NCBI RefSeq assembly: GCF_006345805.1
Contig: NC_043022.1
Coordinates: forward strand, 3,410,001 to 3,474,000
Direction of reading: 5' to 3'
DNA from: Octopus sinensis
Taxonomy: Eukaryota
DNA: 64,000 nucleotides
Position 1 is the first letter of the stretch, and every line of letters begins with the position of its first letter. The position numbers were made by a program, and so were the translations under genes. The notes beneath the pieces are model-generated. The model worked only from the letters and a program-made list of their open reading frames with translations. It was not told the DNA's origin and did not search any database. This document shows, in pieces, positions 1 through 10,500 of the stretch.

Positions 1-22
1 CTTTCTCATTCATTATTCATTT

Positions 23-945
23 GTGATTTTATTTTTCGCCCATATATCTCCTAAGAAAATTCATAGTGAAAGTGCTAAGCGTCATGATATAACGCTAGAA
101 GATAAACTGGCTATGATAAAACACCATGAAAAAGGTGAAAAAGTGGTAGCAATTGCACAATCTTTTGGGATGAATCAGACAACTGTATTGACGAGTGTAG
201 ATAATAAGATTTTAGCACATGTCAAATCTGAAGACCCAGGGATGAAGAAGAACGCTCATCAATAAGAGGTAAAATCTTTGAAGAAATGGAAAGTCTTGTT
301 TTTCTTTGGATTGGTAGATTGAATCATCAGCGTGCTACTATTAGTCAAGAAATCATTCAAGAGGAAGCGTTGTCTTTGTTTGAGGACCTGAAGGGAAACT
401 ATCTAGATAAGAAAGATATAGAGTTCAAAGCAAGTCAAGGATGGTTTGTGAGATTTAAGGAATGAAGAAGTTATCACTCCATTAACCCTTTAGCATTCAA
501 CCCGGCCATATCCGGCCAAAATATTTAACCTGTTTTATATTGAAACTGACCAGCTCCCGCCTCTCACCTCAGCCCTACCATGTCGTTCTAAAACTAAAAT
601 AATCACATCACTGAAATCTCTAAACTACAAGATAATACAGGATTAATTCAAACCATATTAAAGAAACAAACATCACATTTGACAGAATAATCTGAACACT
701 AAAGAGTTAAGAAGCAAGATGAAAGTGCGTCAGCTGACGAACAAGCAGCAGCGGAATTTCCTGATGCATTATGGAAAATCATTGAAGAAAATGGGTTTCT
801 TCCTAAACAGATTTTTAACGTAGATGAAACTGGATTGTATTGGAAAAAATTGCCAGACCGTTCATTCATTTCTAAGGAGGAGAAAACTATTCTAGGCTAC
901 AAAGCCTCAAAACGATGTGCGACCCTTATGTTGGGAGGTAATTGT
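23..945 (+). mobile_element. Degenerate Tigger/pogo-family transposase remnant, frameshifted and split by a MITE
   Basis: Fragments translate to the N-terminal HTH (KRHDITLEDKLAMIKHHEKGEKVVAIAQSF), the CENP-B-type HTH (EFKASQGWFVRFK) and the DDE start (QIFNVDETGLYWKKLPDRSFISKEE). Stops and frameshifts are present. Confidence 0.85.
482..710. mobile_element. TTAA-flanked MITE (piggyBac-like termini) inserted in the Tigger remnant
   Basis: TTAA-CCCTTTAG ... CTAAAGAG-TTAA; related copies at about 25394-25620 and 47390-47618. Confidence 0.75.
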
Positions 946-986
946 GTGCATGTAAGCACTTATGTGTAGATGAGGATGAGGTTGGG

Positions 987-1019
<33 letters not shown>

Positions 1020-1380
1020 TATTTATATTATATAGAGGGTACTATTATTCATAGGTACCGCACGCTAGGAGGGACTCTTGCAGTCAAAACTACTAAAATA
1101 AACAAATTGTACCGAATGCAAAACTTCAAAGCAAGTCATTTAAAAACAGAATTTAGTTACATATCACCTGTGATTTCGCAATCAATGCATTCTATGCTCT
1201 TCAGTGCAACGAACTCAAGACATGTAAGGAAAAAACACAATATAGCATACCCGACAGCCAACCGTAGAATTCATCGTAGCATGTACGAATGTTTATCTTT
1301 ACATATCTATGAAAATGGCGGGCTTATTCGCAATGCATTTCGGTAACAATTTGCCTATTCGGAACAAAAATTCAGTATTT

Positions 1381-1413
<33 letters not shown>

Positions 1414-2218
1414 CGTGTGCGGGTATGTATGAGTACATACATATATGTGTATGTGTGTATACATGTTTGTGTATGTAGACGTTGTAAACGCAGGGGGTTT
1501 ATGTCTACGTATATTTTTTGTGAGAATATGGTTGTGTGTTTATTTTTGTATATTTTTTAATATATTTTTTCTTTTTTCCTTTTCCATGAATTAAAGTAAC
1601 TTCCCTTATATTTAATGGTTTCTGTTTTTTTTCATAGTGTCTGTTGCCATTAATAGCCGACGAGCATGAGTCGTAACTCTTCGTTCCAACATTTGAACCC
1701 TTGAGTACTATAATGACAATTGTTTACTATTTGCTCTAATTTATTAACATATAAAATGATCCTCTATTTCTACAAATATTGAGGTCTCATTCTTTTGTTG
1801 TCATATACTCTTTCTTTTTTTACTTGTTTCAGTCATTTGACTGCGGCCATGCTGGAGCACCGCCTTTAGTCGAGCAAATTGACCCCGGGACTTATTCTTT
1901 GTAAGCCCAGTACTTATTCTATCGGTCTCTTTTGCCGAACTGCTAAGTGACGGGGACGTAAACACACAGCATTGGTTGTCAAGCAATGCTAAGAGGACAA
2001 ACACAGACACAACAACATATACCCACACAATCATATATATATATTATATATATAAACAAATCAAATTGCGATAAAATAAAATAATTATAATCGCTGGCAT
2101 TACTAACACAAGCCATATATTTTTCATATATCAGTACATTAAGGCGAAATATGTGCTAGGAATACAGAAGCTTGATAAATTTAGTGAATTGAAGATAAAA
2201 ACATTTAAACCGGAAAAT

Positions 2219-2287
2219 TCTCAGACTGCAGTTTCTTTCTATTCAGCAAACAAGATATTTATTTGCAGGGAGAATTCTTCAGTGAGA
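2219..2287 (-). ncRNA. Minimal type I hammerhead ribozyme, unit 1
   Basis: Minus strand reads UCUCA-CUGAAGA-A-UUCU..GCAAAUAA/UUGUUUGC..AGAA-A-GAAAC-UGCA-GUC^UGAGA. Stem I is UCUCA/UGAGA, stem III is the palindrome ACUGCAGU, cleavage predicted between 2224 and 2223. Confidence 0.8.
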
Positions 2288-2606
2288 CCCTGTTTTTCTG
2301 GGATCCTAACTCACTAGAAGCATGTGCTTCTAATGAATTACTCTTCCTAACAATCATATCACTGCGCAGACTCCGAACGTCCCGACAATACTAGGGAATT
2401 CTGGTATATCGCCTGGCGCTCATAATTTATCGAGAAATATGTAAACAAATCAAATTGCGATAAAATAAAAATAATTATAATCGCTGGCATACTAACACAA
2501 GCCATATTTTTCATATATCAGTACATTAAGCGAAATATGTGCTAGGAATACAGAAGCTTGATAAATTAAGTGAAATGAAGATAAAAAACATACTAAACCG
2601 GAAAAA

Positions 2607-2677
2607 TCTCAGACTGCAGTTTCTTCTATTCAGCAAACAAGATAATTTATTTGCCCAGGGAGAATTCTTCAGTGAGA
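2607..2677 (-). ncRNA. Minimal type I hammerhead ribozyme, unit 2
   Basis: Same core; here the UUCU/AGAA base of stem II abuts GAAA directly. Cleavage predicted at 2612/2611. Confidence 0.82.
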
Positions 2678-3000
2678 CCCTGTTTTTGGGGATCCTAACT
2701 CACTAGAAGCATGTGCTTCTAATGAATTACTCTTCCTAACTAATCATATCACTGCGCAGACTCCGAACGTCCCGACAATACTAGGGAATTCTGGTATAGA
2801 TCGCCTGGCGCTCATAATTTATCGAGAAATATGTAAACAAATCAAATTGCGATAAAATAAAAATAATATAATCGCTGGCATTACTAACACAAGCCATATA
2901 TTTTTCATATATCAGTACATTAAGGCGAAATATGTGCTAGGAATACAGAAGCTTGATAAATTAAGTGAATGAAGATAAAAACATTTACTAACCGGAAAAT

Positions 3001-3070
3001 TCTCAGACTGCAGTTTCTTTCTATTCAGCAAACAAGATAATTTATTTGCCAGGAGAATTCTTCAGTGAGA
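3001..3070 (-). ncRNA. Minimal type I hammerhead ribozyme, unit 3
   Basis: Same core and stems; cleavage predicted at 3006/3005. Confidence 0.8.
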
Positions 3071-3392
3071 CCCTGTTTTTCTGGGATCCTAACTCACTAG
3101 AAGCATGTGCTTCTAATGAATTACTCTTCCTAACTAATCATATCACTGCGCAGACTCCGAACGTCGACAACAATACTAGGGAATTCTGGTATATCGCCTG
3201 GCGCTCATAATTTATCGAGAAATATGTAAACAAATCAAATTGCGATAAAATAAAAATAATTATAATCGCTGGCATACTAAACAAGCCATATATTTTTCAT
3301 ATATCAGTACATTAAGGCGAAATATGTGCTAGGATACAGAAGTTGATAAATTAAGTGAAATGAAGATAAAAACATTTACTAAACCGGAAAAT

Positions 3393-3463
3393 TCTCAGAC
3401 TGCAGTTTCTTTCTATTCAGCAAACAAGATAATTTATTTGCCCAGGAGAATTCTTCAGTGAGA
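3393..3463 (-). ncRNA. Minimal type I hammerhead ribozyme, unit 4
   Basis: Same core and stems; cleavage predicted at 3398/3397. Confidence 0.8.
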
Positions 3464-3740
3464 CCCTGTTTTTCTGGATCCTAACTCACTAGAAGCATGT
3501 GTTCTAATGAATACTCTTCCTAAATAATCATATCACGGCGCAGACTCCGAACGTATACATATATATGACAGGCTTCTTTCAGTTTCCGTCTACCAAATCC
3601 ACTCGCAAGTCATTGGTCGGCCCAGGGCTATAGCAGAAGACACTTGCCCAAGATGCCACGCAGTGGGACTGAACCCGGAATCATGTGGTTGGTTAGCAAG
3701 TTACTTACCACACACCCACTCCTGCGCCTATAAATATATA

Positions 3741-3964
3741 TTTAAGAAACACACAAAAGCCGTTAGATTCACTTCAACATTTAAATTTAATTTGCCAAAA
3801 TATTTTCATCGCTTTGAGACAGGGACTTGTTCACTGACAAAATTCCATGATGCAGCACAGAATTTTGTCAGTAAACAGGTCACGGTCGCAAAGCGATGAA
3901 AATATTTTGGCAAATTAAATTTAAATGTTGAAGTGAATCTAACGGCTTTTGTGTGTTTCTTAAA
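3741..3964. repeat. Long inverted repeat (~105-bp arms, ~15-nt loop)
   Basis: TTTAAGAAACACACAAAAGCCGTTAGATTCAC... mirrored by ...GTGAATCTAACGGCTTTTGTGTGTTTCTTAAA; the outer ~78 bp are perfectly complementary. Confidence 0.9.
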
Positions 3965-4499
3965 TGGCTTATAAACACCTTCCACGCTGCAATTGTTTTC
4001 ATTCCAGCACACGATCTCAGATCAAGTCACTCGCTATGCAAGTACATCTCTGTAATAATATATATATATATTCATCTCTTGGTATTTTAGCTAATCTTTT
4101 GTTTGAAATTTAAATTACTCACTCGGTGGTATGTTAATGAAGACAAGCAAATCTCAAAGTAAACAATTTGTCACAATCAATCCCAAACAGATAATAAATC
4201 TATCTATCTATCTATTTCCCTGTCTGTCTCTCTATACTCACACACACATATTAAACTTTAAACAGACATGAAGAGAGTAGATAGATCATTGATGAACTCT
4301 TGAGTATAAATGAAAGGACTTCAAGAAACAACAGATTGTTTGATTAACTGACTGATCTAACAACCAACTGCTTTGTTGGCTGGTTAAATACGTGACTAAT
4401 TGGCTCACGGTAAAGAAGTGAAATTGAACCATTACATGTATTTACTATTGGTGTAATGACCCTCCTAAGATAAACTTTAAACCTTCTCTCTTATTTCAG

Positions 4500-4577
4500 A
4501 ATGTATTTCTACCCCAAGGCTACCCAGAAAGTGTGAGTGAAGACTACCTAAGCTACCAGATATGGGACAGTATTCAG
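4500..4577 (+). CDS. RUSF1: RUSF1-like exon (NVFLPQGYPESVSEDYLSYQIWDSIQ)
   Basis: ttatttcag acceptor, gtaggt donor, phase 0/0. Confidence 0.9.
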
Positions 4578-7500
4578 GTAGGTTTATAATCTTTATATAT
4601 AAAACTGAAGTTGTGTGTGTGTCTGTCTACTCCGATTTAGATTCCTAACTACTCCCACATTTTGCGGTGCAGTTTAACCAAAAGCGGGTATCTTATAGTC
4701 GTGATTCATATCGAGCCCTTCTGGGTATTAGCGTGCGTCTACGATGAGTCTACAATTAAAAAAAAAAATTACAATAATTTTTCTGCATTTTTAATGCATT
4801 TTTTGCTCGGTTTATATAAGAGAAGTAACTCTCTAAAAATGCTTATATAGTTATTTCCCTTACAAACCTGAGCAACGCCGGGTGATACTGCTAGTTACTG
4901 ATAATTTTTGACATACATGCCGGATTAACCATTAAGCAAAATAAGCATGTGCTTCAAGCATCGAGAGAAGCATAGCATCACAAAAATGGTAAATGGTTTA
5001 CAGCACAAAAGAAATCACTTTAACCTTTAGTACACTTAGGTGAATTGTATTGCTTGGTCAGTTTTCTCTCCTGTAACTGAAGATACATTGTGTGTTCAAT
5101 AAAGTGTTACAAGATTTAGATTAAAAATTCTCAGAACATTCCGGACAACCTAATAGGTACCACAATTTGATGTAGGTCACATCACTATTAGAAGCAACAG
5201 GTTTACTAATAAAATTTGTGGAAATTTTGTTGACTGATAAAGTCAAATTGAAACTGGCGTCAGTTTAATATTTCTACAAAGAAGTACTTTTCTCGTATGT
5301 GGGTGGTGGAAAATTTTCAGTGGTTATTTGGAACAAAGACAGCAGTAGGAGAGGGTGATAGATGCATCTGTGCAATGTTATTTTAAAGTCTTTGTCACCT
5401 ATTTTTAGATATTAACTTTAGAAAAAAATAAATAAATGCAATACTGTGATCAGTTGCTTGTTAGCCACAATCACAATAACAGCAGACATCGGCAACAATA
5501 GCTGACTCTGAAATGCGAATAAGTAAATAGACGCTTTCATTTTCAAAAATATTTTCAGCTTTTAGTGTGTGTGTATAAAAATTATCTGGTAGTATTTAGT
5601 GGTTGACATATTCATCTTTATCACCATTTTACCCTCTCGTTACCATATTTCTGTTGAGATGCTCTGTGTTTCTTTTAATTAATTTTAAATATAACAAAGA
5701 ATTTAGTAAAATAACTTAGTTATCATTAAGCTAGTGCTAGGAACATAAATTGTGACTAAGGTTTGGTGGAAGATTTTAATTCAAAACTTTTGAAAACAAG
5801 ACATTTGTACTTCAGAGCCAGAAGTGGTTTCAAAAGGGGTTAATGACAGAAGTCCAAATACTACAGAGCCAGAGGCAGTTTCCAAGGGGTTAATGCCTTA
5901 ACCCTTTTGTTACCATATTCCTGTTGAGATGCTCTGTGTTTCTTTCAATTAATTTTAAATATAATAAAGAATTTAGTAAAATAACTTCATTAAAATAAGC
6001 TCGTGTTAGGCACATAAATTGTGACTATGGTTTGGTGGAAGATTTTAATTCAAAACTTTTGAAGACAAGACATTTGTACTTCAGAGCCAGAGGCGGTTTC
6101 AGCTGGGTTAGTATCAAAAGACTTAACATCTGTTTTCCATGCTAGCATGGGTCAGATCAGTAGTTCTCAATCACTTTTTACCTATGGACCTCTTTGATTC
6201 CTATTTTACTCAGGGGTGGGGGTCACTTGTCGTCATTTGGTGTTTTAAAAAATCCCATTATATTTTTATAATTAAATATCATCAGGAATTGTATAAAAGA
6301 TATATTGATAAATTATTTTGTGTATTGAAGAAATATAACAAGTTTATTGCTCATAAATTTTAACGTCAAAATCTTATATGGACCTGCAAGGGTCATGAGG
6401 ACCCTTGGTGGTAACAACTGGTTTAGATAGCTTCACAAGAACCATGAAGCCATAAAACTGCACAAACTTCCAATGTCTGCTCTGGTGTGGTTTCTAAAGC
6501 TGGATGCCCTTCTTCAAACTAACCATTTTATAAAGTGTATTGGATGCTTTTTTAAGTGGCACAAAAGCACTAGTAGGGTCACCAAATAACTTGCAAGACA
6601 AAGGCCCCTCAACCGAGTAGGGGTACAGTATTGAGGGAATATAAGGCGGCGAGTTGGCAGAAATGTTAGCAAGCCGGGCGAAATGCTTAGCGGTATTTCG
6701 TCTGCCGCTACGTTCTGAGTTCAAGTTCCGCCGAGGTCAACTTTGCCTTTCATCCTTTCGGGGTCGATTAAATAAGTACCAGTTATGCACTGGGGGTGAT
6801 ATAATCGACTTAATCCGTTTGTCTGTCCTTGTTTGTCCTCTCTGTGTTTAGCCCCTTGTGGGTAGTAAAGAAATAGGTATTTCGTCTGCCGTTACGTTCT
6901 GAGTTAAAATTCCGCCGAGGTCAACTTTGCCTTTCATCCTTTCGGGGTCGATTAAATAAGTACCAGTTTCACACTGGGGGCAATATAATTGACTTAATCC
7001 GTTTGTCTGTCCTGTTTGTCCTCTCTGTGTTTAGCCCCTTGTGGGTAGTAAAGAAATAGGTATTTCGTCTGCCGTTACGTTCTGAGTTAAAATTCCGCCG
7101 AGGTCAACTTTGCCTTTCATCCTTTCGGGGTCGATTAAATAAGTACCAGTTTCACACTGGGGGCAATATAATTGACTTAATCCGTTTGTCTGTCCTGTTT
7201 GTCCTCTCTGTGTTTAGCCCCTTGTGGGTAGTAAAGAAATAGGTATTTCATCCGTCTTTACGTTCTGAGTTCAAATTCCACTGAGGTCGACTTTGCCTTT
7301 CATCCTTTCGGGATCGATTAAATAAGTACCAGTTTCACACTGGGGGTGATATAATTGACTTAATCCATTTGTCTGTCCTTGTTTATCCTCTCTGTGTTTA
7401 GCCCCTTGTGGGTAGTAAAGAAATAGGTATAGTTTTGAGAGAAATAGGTTTATGCCTGAAACACTGTTATTTTGTCTGTAGAACCATTGTCCTGATTACT

Positions 7501-10500
7501 TTAGATTAAAGAACTTAGAATTCCATATTATGTTAATCCTGTGAATGACTTAAAACTGCATCCAGTAGTGGAACCCTTATGGGAGTTCCAGGGTTTTGAG
7601 GAGAGGGAAACCCTCTATTAGCCCCTATTGTTCCCAGGGTCCCAGTAATGGATGAAATAGCATGTAATCACCTGAGGAAGGCAGGGTATGCTGAAATCAT
7701 GGAATGCAGCATGTCTTATAAAAACCTTAAAAGAGAGGGTATTTTAGACTGAAACAAACTCAACTAAATTCTCAGAATTCTTTTGGTTTACCATTCTGAA
7801 TAAATGTGATTAATTTTAAAAGCGTTTTAAGATTTTTACATGAAGACTTGTATTCTTTATAATTGTTTTATATTGTTTTTTTTGTTCTTTTTAAACAATT
7901 TCTCCAGGCTTTTGCCAGCAGCATCACAGGAACATTGGCCACACAATCAGTTCTAAAAGGAATCGGTGTTGGCAATGAGCAGGCGACAGTCTTGGGAGCA
8001 ACATTAACTTGGCTACTTAAAGGTCGGATTTTTTATTCTAAAGCTTCTCCTTTTGAATAATTACCATTTGCTTTATTATTTTCATGTCTAATTAATATTT
8101 ACCTCTTCTGAGGCAGCAAGCTGGACGGGCAAACTGCTTAGCGGCGTTTCATCCATTTTTACATTCTGAGCTCAAATTTCAGTGAAGTCAACTTTGCCTT
8201 GCAACTTTTTTTTGGGGGGGGGGTCAACCTTTTGGGGTTGATAAAATAGTTACTATTTTGAGCACTGGGGTCGATCTAATCAACTTACCCTTTCTTCTGA
8301 GCTTGCTGGCCTTGTGCCAAAATTCGAAACCAATATTTTCCTCTTCTAATTATAATCAGGGTTTTAATTGACTCAGCTGGTCAAATACCAGCATTGACTG
8401 ATTGGACTAAACAATATGAATGATTAGTCATCCTTGACTGATTGTATTCTTTGATTTTTGTACTTGTCTAGTTCCAGAATCAGCATAATTTTGATTAAAG
8501 GAATGCCATCCATGACCATCCTGTCTTTTTATACCTAGAAGCATCCAGTCCACTCAGTAAAGTGGTTGGCATTAGGAAGGGCATCCAGCTTCAAAACCCT
8601 GCCAAAACCCATGCACATTTATAAATATGTACTCACACACAGAGGAAATTTTACAAGTTTCTGACCTCATCTCTGTCTTCTATAATATAATAATAATAAT
8701 GAAATTATTGTATACAGTGCTCAGGTGCACCACAGCTTGTCAGAAAGTGCGTATAAAGTATATGCAGTAATGTACAAATGTCTGGAAAGCGAACAATGTA
8801 TGAGTCAGATACATGCTTGTGTGTGTATGGAGGGGAGAAAATCAGGTGTAGTGTTGTTGAATCTCAGGAAGCATAGAGGTTTCGAAGGATGCAGTGCTCC
8901 GACAACCAACAACCGATGCCGGCAGTTTGTTCCATGCGTCAGCAACTCTTAGCCTGAAAAAATGTTTCCTGAAGTCATGGGAGCTGTGCTGTTTTCTGAC
9001 TTTGTAAACATGTCCACGGGTGTTAGACAGACGGACTCAGGAAGCATGGAAGTTTTGAAGGATGCAGGGCTCCGACAACTAACAACCGATGCCGGCAGTT
9101 TGTTCCATGCGTCAGCAACTCTTAGCCTGAAAAAATGTTTCCTGAAGTCATGGGAGCTGTGCTGTTTTCTGACTTTGTAAACATGTCCACGGGTGTTAGA
9201 CAGACGGACTCAGGAAGCATGGAAGTTTTGAAGGATGCAGTGCTCCGACAACTAACAACCGATGCCGGCAGTTTGTTCCATGCGTCAGCAACTCTTAGCC
9301 TGAAAAAATGTTTCCTGAAGTCATGGGAGCTGTGCTGTTTTCTGACTTTGTAAACATGTCCACGGGTGTTAGACAGACGGACTCAGGAAGCATGGAAGTT
9401 TTGAAGGATGCAATGCTCCGACAACTAACAACCGATGCCGGCAGTTTGTTCCATGCGTCAGCAACTCTTAGCCTGAAAAAATGTTTCCTGAAGTCATGGG
9501 AGCTGTGCTGTTTTCTGACTTTGTAAACATGTCCACGGGTGTTAGATGGGTGGAGTTTGAAAAGGTGCTCAGAGTTGTTGTTTGTACGATGGTTGATAAT
9601 TTTATGGGTGTCTGCCAAGTCAGCTGCCAGACGTCGGAGTTTCAATGTGTCCATGCCCAGGGAAGTAAGGTGTTCAGAATATGGCAAATGCCTGATGGAG
9701 GGTATTCTTTTGGTTGCACATCGCTGAACAGCTTCCAGATAAACACTGATAGACACATACACAATTACATGTAAACACACACACACACATGTATACACAG
9801 AAACACACACACACATGTATACACAGAAACACACACACACATGTATACACAGAAACACACACACACATGTATACACACACACACATACACACATGTATAC
9901 ACAGAAACACACACACACATGTATACACAGAAACACACACACACATGTATACACAGAAACACACACACACATGTATACACAGAAACACACACACACATGT
10001 ATACACAGAAACACACACACACATGTATACACAGAAAAACACACACACACACATGTATACACAGAAACCACACACACACAACATGTATACACAGAAACAC
10101 ACACCACACATGTATACACACAGAAACACACACACACACATGTATACACAGAAACACACACACACATGTATACACAGAAACACACACACACATGTATACA
10201 CAGAAACACACACACACATGTATACACAGAAACACACACACACATGTATACACAGAAACACACACACACATGTATACACAGAAACACACACACACATGTA
10301 TACACAGAAACACACACACACATGTATACACAGAAACACACACACACACATGTATACACAGAAACACACACACACATTACCCTATCAGCTCCTCTCACCC
10401 AGTCAGAATCTCTTCATTCAAATTTGTTATCTCACAGAAGGAATGAGGCTGTGCTTCTCAGTCAAAGACTCCCTTAATTTTAACACCCTAACCATTTCAT

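Larger units (their letters stand above)
2053..3553 (-). repeat. Tandem array of ~390-bp units (3.85 copies), one hammerhead ribozyme per unit; retrozyme-like
   Basis: Units start TAAACAAATC at 2053, 2442, 2834 and 3227 (periods 389, 392, 393). Copies differ mainly by small indels. Confidence 0.9.
1806..3730 (-). mobile_element. tRNA-derived composite SINE (head, microsatellite, tail) split at its TA tract by the 390-bp array
   Basis: Tail half at 1806-2040 and head half at 3554-3730 match the many intact copies in the window, e.g. 42865-43260. Confidence 0.8.

Noticed and set aside
23-945. Domesticated Tigger-derived (TIGD) gene
   Set aside because: Multiple stops and frameshifts plus a MITE insertion.
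942-1560. 134- and 83-aa ORFs as the missing RUSF1 first exon
   Set aside because: They span TA microsatellites, have no recognisable similarity, and show no convincing phase-0 donor; the start is probably upstream of the window.
2053-3553. Array as CRISPR, vector or restriction-site contamination (HindIII, PstI, BamHI, EcoRI sites)
   Set aside because: No spacers or cas genes; the sites are scattered natural 6-mers; the array is nested inside a host SINE.
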